NCBI RefSeq assembly: GCF_009914755.1
Contig: NC_060928.1
Source: the human T2T-CHM13v2.0 reference genome, Homo sapiens
DNA length: 64,000 nt
Direction: 5' to 3' (one strand)
Part shown: piece after piece, positions 15,796 to 29,630 of the stretch
How the letters are laid out: each line of letters opens with the position of its first letter
Numbering within the stretch: position 1 is the stretch's first letter
Made by a program: the position numbers and the translations under genes
The notes under the pieces: model-generated
What the model was told of the DNA's origin: nothing
Seen by the model: only the letters and a program-made list of their open reading frames with translations
Database searches by the model: none

Positions 15796-17199
15796 CACAG
15801 GAGGAATGATTGCATCTGAGAGAGTGCAGTCTGTTCTACAGCCTCATTGTTGGCTGGCCCCATACTCTACTGGGCCAGAAGTGAAGAGAGAAGCCTTGAA
15901 GTAGGGCATGGTTCTAGGTGAGCCACGTACAAGGGATTAATGTCTTCTCTGCATTCATGGTTTCTTCTCTCACTTTTGTGAGTCTTTTATGGATAATTTC
16001 TTCTCTTAAATACTACCCTGTGATCATGTCATTCAATAAATGAAACCTGTGCTACCTTCCTATTAAAAGAGGACCATTCTACACTTGTCTCTCCCCAACC
16101 TCCCTCCCTTTCTTTGGGATGTGTTGGATTTGGAAGTTTTGATAAACTCTGCTCCAGAATTTAGAAAAGCTCCTGTCTTCCACATGCTACTTTTTCTCCC
16201 ACAGGTTTTATTTTCGTCACTCCTTGAACCCAGTCAAAACTAATGGTGTTAATCCTTTTCATACCAAAATTAGAAGGTCAAATGTCAGTGACAAACACCT
16301 ACATTTTGTACTGTGCTAAGGGGACAAGAGGCACCTGTGGCCCACTGCTGGTCAGGGACAATTTACCTAAAAATTACACAGGAGTTGACATCAAAGCCCA
16401 GTTGAAAATCAAAAGTTTTTTCTGATCTGCTCTGTGCACACATCTTCTGAGAATCATTTTGGAAGTGGCTGAAGACAGGGCAGAATTTGGGTTCAGGATT
16501 CATGGGCAGGCTTGAGATTTTAACTATCTGCCTCTCTTTTTCACCATGTCATCACCATAAGTACCCATCAGGCCTATAGTAACTATTTTCTTTGATAGCT
16601 TCATGTGTGGTCTCATTCTGACATTGTACCTACCACAGTAGCAGGGTGAATTAGCAGAATACCACATGATCTGTCTTATTGCTCAAAAGCTTCAAGACTT
16701 AGATGATGTGGTTGTACCCTTAATCATTCCATATCTTCTTAAACGATACTGTATGATTTAGTGTTATTTTTCTGTGTAATTCAATGTAAGCTCTACAAAG
16801 ACAGCTTTTATGCTCAATCCCACTCGAGAGATATTGGGTGTGCAAAAATTGTATCATGCATCGTTTAGAGTTTATAATCTAATAGTAAAGCAAAGATATA
16901 TATTATTAAGAATGTTAAATACTACAAAGGTTAGATATCACTGCAAAAATGTGTTCGTATCAGTACACAATGAGTGTAGTCAAACACATGCTGAGACTCA
17001 AAAGAGAAATAGTTTGCCATGAAAGATGGTAGTGGACATGCAGACTTTGCAGAGGAGACTTAGACTTACCTTCGGGTTAACAGGAGGATTTAAACAAAGA
17101 CAGTGAGAAATAACAATCGTGATAACTGGGAATATAGACATAATAATTAGTTGTTAATACTAGAATAATCAAACAATTTTTAACAATTTTGTTTATTTT

Positions 17200-17505
17200 A
17201 CAAACATCACAGCTCTGCCATGCCTCAGGACCTCTGCAATTTTTCCCTCTGCCAGCAATTCTCTTAATCCAGATTTTCTCAGATGACTCCTCCTCTACTT
17301 CTGTTTCAGCAAATCGTCCTGATCATTTTTTCTCTCCAGCTGTCCCTATCACTTTAGTGTATTTTTTCATAGAATATATGAATGTCTAAAGTATTCATTT
17401 TTTTCTTTTTGTCTTTTTCTCATATTGGGAGCTTTTATTTATTGCTGTATTCCCAGGGGCTCGACCAAGTAGCAAATACTCAGAAATTGTGAGATGAATG
17501 AGTCA
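17200..17505 (+). mobile_element. L2 3' fragment
   Basis: TGCCTCAGGACCTCTGCA...TGCTGTATTCCCAG...TGAATGAG. Confidence 0.55.
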
Positions 17506-18433
17506 CAATGACTGTTAAATTATATCGCATTATTGAGAATGAAATGTCCAAAGGGGAGGGGAGGTGGAGAGCCCACAGCATTTGCAGAACTAGCACAATA
17601 TTTGATTCACAGTAGATATTCATAGACCCTCAATCCAGTTGATACTCAGTAAATGTTTTTTGAACCCACCTGAATTAATAAATTTTCAGATAATCTTAGA
17701 TAGAATGGAGAGCTCTGATAAAGGAATAACACAGAAAAATTACATATAGGTTGGAGTCAGATTTTGAAGGGACCTTAAATGTTAACCTAAGAATTTTGTG
17801 ATAAACTTGTGATAATAGAGAATAATTAAAGGTTTTTGAGCAGTAGGGCATTATAATAAAAGTAGTTTGGGGAATAAAAAATCATGGAATTTGAGTCTGA
17901 TAACATCATGCGGTATGGTTAGCCTTAGAGAAAGAGAAACTAAAGACAAGAAGATTTCTTGAGGACCAATTGCAGTAGTACACCAAACATACCACATACC
18001 ATAACAAACTCCTGTTCAAAAATGAGACCAAAAAGTCAATATATACTAAACTGACATGTCTGTTTACCTAGTTCACTATGAAATGGCTATTAGGCAGATA
18101 GACATATATAACTGTAAATACATTTAGAGGTTAAAGTGGGAGATAGGCTAACATTTTCCAAGTATGTTCCACAGGATGTTAGGAGATACTGAGCAATATA
18201 TAAAAAGAAAAGGAAAAGTTGTCATGGCCAAATAAGTATGAGATTGAGAAGCACTGAGTCAAATATTTCCCTACTGTAGAATATCTGAGTCTTTAATCTT
18301 CCATGTGCATCATAAATCTCAATATAGTAGATTCATAAAGTTCCCCAAACATTTAAGCATCATTTTGTTTATTATAAAACATTTACTATGACTCTTATTT
18401 TACAGAAATAAAAGTGGGGAAGGCACAGATCAT

Positions 18434-18835
18434 TGTGTTGGTTTGCTAGGACTGCTATGGCACAGACTAGGTGGCTTTTACAACAGAAATTTATTTTGTC
18501 ACAGTTCTGGAGGCTGGAAATCCAAGATCAAGGTATCAGCATTTTCTTTAGAGGCCTCTCTTCTCGACTCTCAGGTGGCTACCTTCTCAGTGTCCTCACA
18601 TGGCTTTTTCCTCTCTGAAAGCATATTCCTGGTGTATCTGTGTATGTGCAAATTTTCTTGTATTATAAAAACACCAGCCAGATTGAATTAGGGCTCACCC
18701 TAGTGGCCTCATTTTAACTTCATTTTAACTTGCTCACCTCTTTAATGACCCTTTCTCCACAGACAGTCACATTCTTAGGTGGGGATTAGAGCTTCAACAT
18801 ATGAATTTGAGGGGAACACAGTCTGGCCCAAAACA
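18434..18835 (-). mobile_element. MLT1B-like solo LTR
   Basis: CAACAGAAATTTATTTTGTCACAGTTCTGGAGGCTGG...TTCAACATATGAATTT; TG/CA ends; TSD ATCAT/ACCAT. Confidence 0.85.
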
Positions 18836-19445
18836 ACCATCAGTACAATCAGCATGTGTGAGAGTCTCCAAAGAAGAAAAATTAAAGCCAAAAGAAACTG
18901 GGTCCCAAAGGCTGACGTAGAGGAGACCCACAGTTAAAATATAGCAAGAAGAAGCCACAAAAAGAGGTCAGAAAAGTAGAAGTGCTGCCAGGACACTAAA
19001 GTAAAGAATCAGTTTCTAAAAGTCTCCAGTGCAATGTCAATATGTTCAAAAGCTGTAATAAGCAAAAGAGAAAAGAATTCAGAAGAGGTAACTTAAACTG
19101 ACAGTTCAAGAATATTGGTTGCCTTTGGGAAACGGGTAAAGTGGATTGGAGATAGAGTATAAAAGATTAGGAATTTACATTTAATTGTAAGAAACTAAAT
19201 TCCATGTTTGAGAAATCTGGCATTAAAAAGAAGAAAATAACTTTTAGGATGCAGTTAACAAAGCTGAGGTTGAACCACATAAATCTGTCATTTTTGTAGG
19301 CCGAAAAATAATCAATTATCAGCAATTTCATATGGTTCAATCTAAAAAACGGTCTGTTTTCAAGAAAGTTCCGAAATATATAAGGGAGTGGTAAGGAATT
19401 CTTGGGAAAGGAGATATTGAAGAAGCAAGGAGTTGAGAAGTTTGA

Positions 19446-19787
<342 letters not shown>

Positions 19788-21689
19788 TGAAAAACCTTTT
19801 AGAATGAAAATCATTTTCAATTAGGAGGGAAGTTTATAAAAAGGGTAATGGATAAACCATGATCAGATGGGCTCAAATTTTGAACTGTCAAAAAATTTTA
19901 AATAGCAGTCTCTATGTCTATATATTTCATAAGTGTTTGACAAATTTCTGCAAATATTTCTTTAGTATGGACTCTAATTCTAATATTTTATTACTCTGAG
20001 AGCTGATATTTAATTTCATAGTATCTTATCTAAAAGAGTATGACCTACAGTTTTAAAAGAGTAAAAGATATAAGATTTCAACTTTATAATTTTTTTGTAA
20101 AGAAGGTGATGATATTGTAATATTAAAAATACAAGGCATTTTTCAACATTTCACATAATGCAAAGTCTATGCAATTAGCCTATCAACATTTCCCTATCTG
20201 CTTACAAATCTCAGCAGGATTCCCAAGTTCACACAGTAATTGTGACCTCAACTAGTATAGAGGAAATAATCTGAAAAAATGCTTTTCCAGTTGATATGAT
20301 GGGAAGATAACACAAATAATTGGATTATCTAAATTCTTTACTAACAGTTACCAAATATGGATGAAATTCTGACACAGTAAATAAGTAGCAGCTGTATAAA
20401 ATTTCAAGCAAAAAGCCATAGGTTTTTACTATTTCTCCTACCCAAAGGAAGAAAAAGTTCCCCTCATATTTGTTCTGTTTATTTCCAACCTCAATTAGAA
20501 ATACTCTCAAAGTATTGTTACAGTAATAAATATGGCATGTCCTTAAACATAAATTTAATTGGAAAATTTCAGAAGGAAAATAATATTTAAAATCAAAATA
20601 AGCAAAAACATTATGGAGTATTATACAATTGTATATAAGCTTTAATGATAAGGACTTTAAAATATTTATATTCAGCTGCCTGCTTGTGTCTATGCATCCT
20701 CTGGGGAATAGTACAAGTTCTCCACATTATTTGTTCTCCTCAGGCATTGGGCTTTCTTTCTTGGATCAATCTGAGAACTGCTAAGTGGAAATAAAAAAGG
20801 TTCTTGCTCATCTAAACATTCAACATACTATCAGGGATAATATTAGCACCAAGCTTTTCATGTACAAGAAAAACTTGTCACTTAAGAGAGTTGTTCATAC
20901 GAACAGATTACTAATTTTAGTTACATAACACAAAACTTCTGTAGCTGGACATGTATAAACATGAGTTTTATAGAATGAGTCTACAGTATTTTCAGAACCA
21001 ACTACTCAATGAGATACACAGTCAGTCATACCCACTTACCTAGGAAAAATTAAAGATTAACAGACTTAACATTAAAATTGACAATCAAGTAAAGCTGGAG
21101 GACCAGCTCCTGAAATGGCAGGATAACTAACCATTTAGATAATGCAGTCCAAAGTTTGAGTAGTAGATCCAATAATTTAAAATTAAATAAGTGAAAAAGG
21201 AAAAGGACAAATTTAGCCTTTTCAGTTTCTCTCTTTAATAAGTGTTTTGTCTTTCCATTTGCATTTCCATAGTGCCTTTCTTCTAAGATATGCAGAATAT
21301 ATCCTTGATAGAAAAGTATTTCAATATTCATCCAAAAGAGTATGCAAGTAGAAGGGTACAAGAACCACTCTTGTTTTATAGATGGGGAAAGTATTGTCAG
21401 GTGACCAAAATTAAAATTAGATTCCTCTCTTCCAATTATCTCAAGGAAATATTTCTTAGGTCTTATCCTAAGTTTTATAATAAGTCAGTTGTCATAAATT
21501 AAATTTTAAACGTATATCCTAAATAACAAATGACATGAAGAAATGAAAAATTAAACTATCTTTTCCTATGTATTTACCTGATGAGCACATTTTGGGAAAA
21601 GCATGTATTGGAGATTTCTGATTCAATGACAGATAGAAAACCAAATATATCTTTTAGCAGAGATAAATTAGACATGCACCAGACTTATT

Positions 21690-22035
21690 TCTTCTGTACA
21701 GAGACACAGCTCAACTGTATTTCTGAGCCTCCCTTGAATTTTGTGATAGCCACATGTACAAATATGATATGTATGCAGCTCCTTGCTCTGGAGTTGCCTT
21801 CCATCCTATCCGCTCTCTTTCCAAAATCTACAGGGGACACAGGAGGCCACAGAGGTCCTAAAGGATGGTAGAACATCAAGCTGGAAGGGGGCTGGATTCT
21901 GAAATGACCACATAGTGAGAAGTTGCCCCCTTACACTGCATGTCTCTTGATTAGACTGTGATGTTGGTAGGATTGAACATCCATTGTGTTAAGTCCATGA
22001 GATCTGGGGACATTTGCTATATTTAGACTGCTCTA
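21690..22035 (+). mobile_element. old MLT1 (J/K-like) LTR remnant
   Basis: AAGGATGGTAGAACATCAAGCTGGAAG...ATTGTGTTAAGTCCATGAGATCTGGGG. Confidence 0.5.
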
Positions 22036-23078
22036 AGGAGCAGAATGTGCTTATATTCCAATGCCTCCATAAAATATATTGAAATGCTAATGAAAAGAAA
22101 AAAATTCCAAAAAGGCAAAGAAAAGAGGAACATGTTTTTAAAAGCTCATTATTCTGAAGCTGAAAAGTGAACCGAGGAGAGAGAACATAAAGCAGAGGAG
22201 TTGAGGCTGAGAGTTAAGGAGATGGCAATAATAAGGAGAAGCTGAGCCAGGTTTACCTGAATTCCTGAATTTCTTAGTTCCTGGAGGTACTAACCTAAAA
22301 GGCCACAGTTAGGTAGGCGTTCAAAAGAGGGAGTTGATTGAAAGTCTTAATTAGGAGGAGTCACACCATAGATCTTTATTCCCTAAATCTCGGGAATATA
22401 ACATAACTATATTTGCTGGACAAATTGAATTAGGACATACCAGAGCCAGTGGAGAGGAGAAGTCAGGTATCAAAATTAAAACAGTGTAATTAAATAAAGC
22501 CTGCACAAGAGTGGTGAGGCCTTCCCAGAAAGCTCACTCCACACTGCCCCCAGAGCATTGACATCTAGACATACACACTAATACAAGAGTAATGGATTCT
22601 TCATTAGAGAAACTAAATGACTGAGAAAAGTCCTACATAGATACTAATAGGATTGGATACATAGGATACTAATAGGCTCTTTCTGTGGAAATTCTGGAAG
22701 TTTTCTTTAGAATGCCTCCAGAATTAAGAACCTTTTCATCTACAACCACTACCACACACACATTCACCAATGTTTTTTGTCATTTTTTTAGGTTTCCCTC
22801 TCAAAAGTCAAGGAGTACCACGGTTTTGAGAAAATTCTTCAAGGTCAAACACAGAGAATAAAACAAGTGAAAAAATAATAATTTAGATGAAACAAAGGTA
22901 ACAAAGGTAACACAGGTAGCATATGAAAACTAATCATCATCATCATTGTAATTTTGCCAGATAAGTGAGAAAAATACTAAATTCATAATCAGAAATAGAA
23001 TATTATGTACAAAATTAATCAAAGAACAAAAGTGAGCTCCTGCATAGTTAAAATAGGATTATTTTAAAAATTGAAGAG

Positions 23079-23404
23079 AGTCTTAGTCTGTTAAGGATGC
23101 CATAATAAAAGTACCACAAACTGAGTAACATATGCAAGGGAAATTCACGTATCCCAGTTTGAGAGGATCAGCGTCAGCAGATTTGGCCAGTGCTTGGTGA
23201 GGGTCCTCGTCCTCATAGGTACTGACTTGTAGCTGTGTCCTCACATTGCAGAAGGGGCGAATTAGCTTTCTGGGATATCCTTTATCATGACCTAATCACC
23301 TTCCAAAAGCCCCATCTTTTAGTATTGTCACATTAGGTAGGTATGAATTTCATATGTATCTTTGTATGAATTTTGAGGGGACACGAATATTCAGACCACA
23401 AGCA
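23079..23404 (-). mobile_element. MLT1A-like solo LTR
   Basis: GTCTTAGTCTG...CTGTGTCCTCACA...TTCAGACCACAAGCA; TSD AAGAG (23074-23078, 23405-23409). Confidence 0.8.
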
Positions 23405-23679
23405 AAGAGTTCTGGCATAAAGTTGAAAAAATCTACAAAGTTGAACAAAACAACAAAAATAGAAAGATTTAGAAGATCAAGCTCAAAAAGCCACTATGTA
23501 ACCAGTAGAAATTAAGCAAAGAGAAAATTTAGAAAGTGAAAATTACAAAACAAAATCAAAAAAAGATAAAACTGAAAATCATTCAAGTTGGATATTCTCA
23601 CTGAGTGGATTAAAATTCCTAAAAGGGTAAAAATGATATTTAGCCTAGAGTTTTACATCTGGCTATGGCAGTTGTTTAA

Positions 23680-23999
23680 AAACCCCATGCTGTAAGAAAG
23701 CCCAAGCCACAGGGAGAGGTCACATATAGGCATGCCGGTCTATCATTTCCACCAAACCCAATCTAAGGCCAGATCTGTGAGTGAAGAAGTTCCAAATGAT
23801 CTCAGCACAGCCATTTGACTCTTTCTTAGCCTTCTGAACCTTCCCAGATCAAGTTCTAGACACTGTGGAGTTGAGACATGACATTCCACTGTGCCATGCG
23901 CCAATTCCTGCCCGACAAACTTTGTGAGCATAATAAAGTGGTTGTTATTGCCACTAAATTTCAGGGTGATGTGTTACACAGCAATAAATAGCAAGAACA
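23680..23999 (+). mobile_element. MLT1G/H-like LTR, 3' part
   Basis: CCATGCTGTAAGAAAGCCCAAGC...GTGAGCATAATAAAGTGGTTGTT...TGTTACACAGCAATAAATAGCAAGAACA. Confidence 0.7.
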
Positions 24000-24055
24000 G
24001 CAGCTAACCCATCAACTGAATGGTGACATTTTCAGACATCTGAAGAATCACAATA

Positions 24056-24440
24056 CAGTCTCATAACATTTCAATGATGAATCTCATATACAAGAGGATA
24101 TATATATACATATACAACAATGTATATATATACATATACAACATACACACATATAAAACAAAGGTTATAATACCATATTTTTACTGTGCCTTTTCTATGT
24201 TTAGATATGTTTAGGTATAAAAATACCACCCATTATGTTACAATATCCTATAGTGTTCAGTACAGTAACATGCTGTACAGGTTTGTAGCCTAGGAGGAAT
24301 AGGATATACCATATAGGCTAGGTGTGTGGTAGGCTGTGTCATCTAGTTTGGGTAAGTATGATCCATGATGTTCACACAAGGATGAAATCACCTGAAACAT
24401 TTCTTAGAAAGTGTCCCTATTGTTAAGCCATGAATTACTG
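24056..24440. mobile_element. Tigger3a/MER7A-like MITE with internal (TA/CA)n expansion
   Basis: TA|CAGT...ACTG|TA ends; CAGTAACATGCTGTACAGGTTTGTAGCCTAGGAG core. Confidence 0.85.
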
Positions 24441-25129
24441 TATTTATTTTCCAAACATAATTTTGTAGGAAATTACCATAGGAAATTACTCTGGCAACAT
24501 TATGGGTGAGCCAACAAAGGGAAACATCAGATCCATAAAGCAGGGAATCCAGCACTGGACTCCAGGAAGGAAGGCCCAGGGATTACAAACTCTGTACCAG
24601 AACTTCCGGGCAAATTATCAAACTTCAGCAAGAGCATGGAGGGCCATGGAAAGAAGGTCTCTAAGACAAAAATATTAAATTATAGAGAGTTTGAGCACCT
24701 TGAATAATTATTAGTAGTAAATATTTGACAGATCCACTGTAGCCTTTGGAACAAATGTTGATAGGTAAATATGAAACTAAACAAACAAAGCGATTATTAA
24801 CCTCAGAAGTAATAAAAAATATTGGAAAAGGCAGCAAATATAACAAGGGACAAGTATTCCACTATCAAAACATAAAGTCAATAGGTAATATCAAAAGTTG
24901 ATTTAATAAGTAGTAACATATAGACACATGGATATAATAGGAAGAACATGCAGATTGAAAATTAATAGTATTTGGCTATGGGAGAAGAAGAGTATATAGA
25001 AGGTCTGAGGAAAGGGATTGCTGTATTCATAATAAAATCTTCTAGTATTCTTTTAGTTTTGCTGGATAACACATTCCAAAGTTATATAGTACGCACAGAA
25101 ATCCTAATCAAGCAATACGAGTAAGCAAA

Positions 25130-25350
25130 TTTAGCATGGTAAACAGAGAGCTAGTTTTCCTGTCAAGCAGACATCATTTTCATTCAGCCTCTTCCACTGA
25201 CTGTGCTAGGTAAATTATTTATTTAGCCTTTCTTAGCCTCAGTTTCCATATGGAAAAAAATGAGGATAATATGTTCATGTTGTGAGAAATAAACAAGATA
25301 ATGATGATAAAGAAACCAGAATATAGAAGTCTTAATGTGTGAGCTCACTT
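25130..25350 (+). mobile_element. MIR
   Basis: AGCCTCAGTTTCCATATGGAAAAAAATGAGGATAAT core. Confidence 0.65.
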
Positions 25351-26069
25351 TCTCCCTGCCTTTTGTGTTTGCAGCTATGTGAAGAAATATGTGAATATCT
25401 TGTACTCTTTAAGAAAGATCACCAAAATTAACTTAAATTTACACCATAGATATCTGACATCTACAAGACCAAATCTAAAATATATGTAATTCAACAATCT
25501 TGTATTACATTCATCCAGTGAAGGTGTTCAACGTATTAGAATAGATCTTGCCATTCACTGAAGATAATGTATTACATGAAATGGCAGAAAATTAACAATT
25601 ACATTTTTTTGTTCTCAGAAATTTCACTGAATGAGTTACCCAAATTACATAAATTTCTCATGATTACGATGTTTTCTCCATATGGATAAAAGAGAGTGAT
25701 GCTGGTTACCTATTTGGAGCCATAAAAATGAAGTACTATCTGCGCAAAGTGCACTGGCTTCTTGAAAAAGAGTGTTGCAACATGAAAGTATTTTTTAATT
25801 TAATGGAAGGCTTTGTGCTGTATGGACTGTTTACATGGACCAAATCCAGTTCTTCCTTCCCAGAGATCTTTCACCTCTTCTTTTCTGAGCATTAATGCTG
25901 TCTTGGATTAAAGGAATACCACACAAAAATGGCTTTTTCTTCTCAAATACATTATTTTTATTATAGCATGGAGTACAAATTATTAGAGTTTGAATCTCTC
26001 TAAGAAACTGTACCTAGATAGAGTGAGACAATATAACAATTAGATCCAAGGCATCCCTGGATTTAGACT

Positions 26070-26230
26070 ACTACCATTTCACAAACTTTAAAGTGCATAA
26101 GAATCCCTTGGGGATCTTGCAGGTTCTAGTTTCGTAGGTCTGGAATTAGAGCCTGAGAGTCTGTATATCTAACAAGCTCCCAGGGAATGCCTATTTAGTT
26201 GAATCTCAAATCATTTTGAGAGGCAAAGAT
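26070..26230. mobile_element. MER5-like MITE
   Basis: GTAGGTCTGG...GCCTGAGAGTCTGTATATCTAACAAGCTCCCAGG. Confidence 0.65.
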
Positions 26231-28059
26231 TATATAAGGCAGTGTCACCATGCTAATATGATGTAGGCCATGCAAAAAATATTACCCACCATGCTAAACA
26301 TTACCCATTTTTTTCCAATATCTATGCTGAGAGTCACAACCAAGGTCCCGTGATTTGAAGAAAGCTATTGCCTTCCGCATTAAAACAACAGGTTGCAAGT
26401 GAGCCGAGACTGAAAATGTATCATCTGCTCAGGTTATTCAATGCCTTGCTGAGTTCAATCAGGCTCTCTTCATCCTCCATTACCCTCATTAGTCCTGTTA
26501 GGTTAGTGCTCAATGTTGATCTGTATCTTGGTCAAGACAATTGTTGCTGATTAACTATAATTACTAGTAATGGGACCAGCTTTCTTTCAGAGATTATGCC
26601 TTCAGCTCATCCGAGCATTGTTCGTCCATGAAAGGTCCCAATCTTCTAGTCATTTACTTGCTTATTCTGTGAACCAACAAGTTGCTTCATGTGTGGGCTC
26701 TTAAATACTGTCCCCTATGTCTAAGCACTCTGAGTATATTTTATCTTTTCTTTTTCTCCCTATCTTGTTCTCTTTGTGTCAATTTTTTTCTCTCAATTTC
26801 AGAGCAGAATAAGTTGTATAAAAAAAACCTATATGTAATACTTATGTAAAATTCTGGAAGCAACAACAACAAAAGAATAATTAAAGGCACATTAAATCAT
26901 TATTTATTTGAAATGTTAATCTTTTGAAAGATAAAATTTTGTATATTAAAGATGACAACACAAACTGCTAACAATATGGGCTGATTAATAAATTATGAAA
27001 TTGAACACCATTTATTTTACTAATCTGGTGACCACATAGAAATGATTTCTTATATTTAAATTTTTAAAAATTTGCTTAGGAAATAAATGTATTGCATAGT
27101 CTCTTGATGTACATTCAAATCCATTACTTTCTGTAAGCAATTCTAAAAAAAAGCAGATAATCCTATATTTAAAAAAATTCTAGTTTTAATCATTTCCTAG
27201 TTTTACCTTATATTGAGGCACCTGGCATGAATTTTTGCCATTTGCAATGAAATCTAGTGGGTGCTTAAATGTACTTGTGACAATAATAGTGTTTGAGAAA
27301 ATAGTGTGGCAACTCTTTTTATAAAAATATAATATTCCTCACAATTATAGTAGAATCCAATATAAAACAGCAAGCCTCAGAAGACATCTAAGAACATAGA
27401 GTGAAATATGTTAAAGGGTACTTAGCATAAAGCACACATGTGGTAATTCTTCAGAGAAGTAAAATAGATGGCTAGAAAGAGAAGCACAAGAGACTGGTGT
27501 TTGAGATGTCTCTACCACTTAAACCATCTCTTTATGTCTCAATATTTTCATATATGAAATAAAGAAATTTTTGAAAGTCCTCCATGCCTCAGTTGTTGTG
27601 AAAAATAAAAATATATTTGATGATCCTTAGAAAAGTTTATGGTGTATTGTATGAATTACGTAACTGACGTTAATTGAAATTAAATCATCTCCTAGAAAAT
27701 TATTGATTTAAATAAAATGATTTGATTTTTACAGTCTCTCAAAAATCTTCATTTTCTTCACATTGGAAATAAGACTATTTTTTAATGTCACTTAATACCT
27801 GATTCTAGCAAATCAGTCTAATCTCATTCCCAAAACACATGACCATCTGGCTCCACAGAAATCAGCTAAAAACAAAATGGTTGAAAATAAATTTTCTGAA
27901 GTGACAAAAACGAGTAAAATAAAATGGCTCTTACAATCAAAAATTCTAAAATGCACATATTTTTATTTATTTGTAATGTTTTCTTACCATGGGATGGCCT
28001 AATAATTTTTTGTCTGTTCCAGTAATATCTATGGGTTTTATTACTGTTTTAACCCAGCA

Positions 28060-28272
28060 TTTTTTTTACAGTCTTTATTTTTAGAGCAGTTTTGGGTTCA
28101 CAGCAAAATTCAGTGAAAGGTATAGTCACTTTGTATCTCCTGCCCCACACATGCACAGCTTCCCCCATTATCAACATTTCCCACCAGAGTGGTACATTCG
28201 CTACAATTGACGAGCCTATATTGACATATGATTATCACCTAAAGTCCACAGTTTACATTAGGCTTCTCTCTT
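28060..28272 (-). mobile_element. L1MC1-like 3' end
   Basis: TTTAGAGCAGTTTTGGGTTCACAGCAAAATT...CCCACCAGAGTGGTACATT...GTTTACATTAGG. Confidence 0.85.
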
Positions 28273-28419
28273 TTTGAGCCACGAACAAGTCAGAAAAGCC
28301 AACAATTTATTTGCATATTTTATTATACAAGAATATATGAGTAGTAGTTATTATATCATCCTGTCAAACATGTACTAGATTTCATTCTTATTGCTTAATT
28401 GTCTATGAGACCTCTAGCC

Positions 28420-28540
28420 CTACCTGATAAGCTCTATGAGTACAAGGACTCTGTCTCTCTTTACCAGTATGTAGCATAGGGTCCTAGTACACAGTTAGGA
28501 GGAAATAAATATTTGTTGAACAAATCAATGAATGAATCAG
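28420..28540 (+). mobile_element. L2 3' terminus
   Basis: TAAGCTCTATGAG...ATAAATATTTGTTGAACAAATCAATGAATGAAT. Confidence 0.7.
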
Positions 28541-29209
28541 CCTTGTCACTTTGCTTAACTAAGAATCTAATCATATTTCAGAATGAATTAAGCATTTCAA
28601 CAAAAATCAATGTAAAAATTATGTCATACTATTAAGCATTAAAGAGTATTCACATGCCAATAAAATAATTTAATGTGGTATAAGTGTACCTTGCAATTAC
28701 TTAAAATTCTTTGTAGAAATACAAATGATGCAGAGAATCCTTGAGAACCAGAAATCATATTTCATATTAATGACTTTGTCAAGTGTTGCAATAAGAAGAG
28801 CATTAGGTAGTAATTGAAATGTAACTATATAATATAGAAGTAGATAAGTCAGTAAACATAGCTTCATTGAATATAATCTACAAGAGTATTTAGAATTATA
28901 TAATACACAGGGATTACAGTAGTAATTATTTGCTTTCCTCTCAAGGAAATACAAATTATTGAAGTAATATTTATATATCATTGACATTTTATCAGGGAGA
29001 TAAGTCACTGTATTAGAAACAGTATTTTTGTAACACTTCTTGCTATTCTAATGGGCAGGACAACATAAGACACTATGTGTCAGCCAGCTTCATCTAGATC
29101 TTGTAAGATCTGGAAAAATACTGAAACAAACTAACCAAGGTTTTCAAAAGCTATGCCCAAAAGATGATAAATATCTGTATGATAATTAAACTGACAATTT
29201 AAAGAACAT

Positions 29210-29549
29210 GTTTCCATGTGTTCTCATTGTTCAACTGCCACTTATGAGTGAGAACATGCGGTGTTTGGTTTTCTCTTCTTGCATTACTTTGCTGGGAATG
29301 ATGGTTTCCAGTTTCACATGGGCACAGGGAGGGGAACATCACACACCCAGGCCTGTCAGCGGTGGGGAGCTGGGAAAGAGATAGCATTAGGAGAAATACC
29401 TAATGTAAATGATGAGTTGATGGGTGCAGCACACCAACAGGGCACATGTATACTTATGTAACAAACCTGCACGTTGTGCACATGTACCCCAGAACTTAAA
29501 GTATAATTAAAATAAATAAATAAATAAACCAATCATTTCAACATGAAAA
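29210..29549 (+). mobile_element. 5'-truncated, 5'-inverted L1PA (L1PA4-6-like)
   Basis: 29210-~29314 is antisense L1 (ORF2 end); ~29315-29528 is sense 3'UTR with a (TAAA)n tail; TSD AAAGAACAT (29201-29209, 29550-29558). Confidence 0.92.
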
Positions 29550-29630
29550 AAAGAACATATTATATTGGCTCAATTTAATTTGTATGTACGTAGAAGTACT
29601 AGGTACAAAATTTGGAAAATAATATTTGTA

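Larger units (their letters stand above)
22050..24900 (+). mobile_element. ancient L1 (L1M/L1ME-like) 5'/ORF1 region, fragmented by nested insertions
   Basis: Strongly A-biased L1 ORF1-like segments on both sides of the nested LTRs and Tigger; boundaries approximate. Confidence 0.45.

Noticed and set aside
16185-16300. Strong + strand acceptor TTTTTCTCCCACAG|
   Set aside because: No convincing downstream donor at exon-like distance.
22635-24492. Short tandem duplications (GATACTAATAGG x2, AACA(A/C)AGGT x3, TAGGAAATTAC x2)
   Set aside because: Ordinary slippage duplications within decayed repeats.
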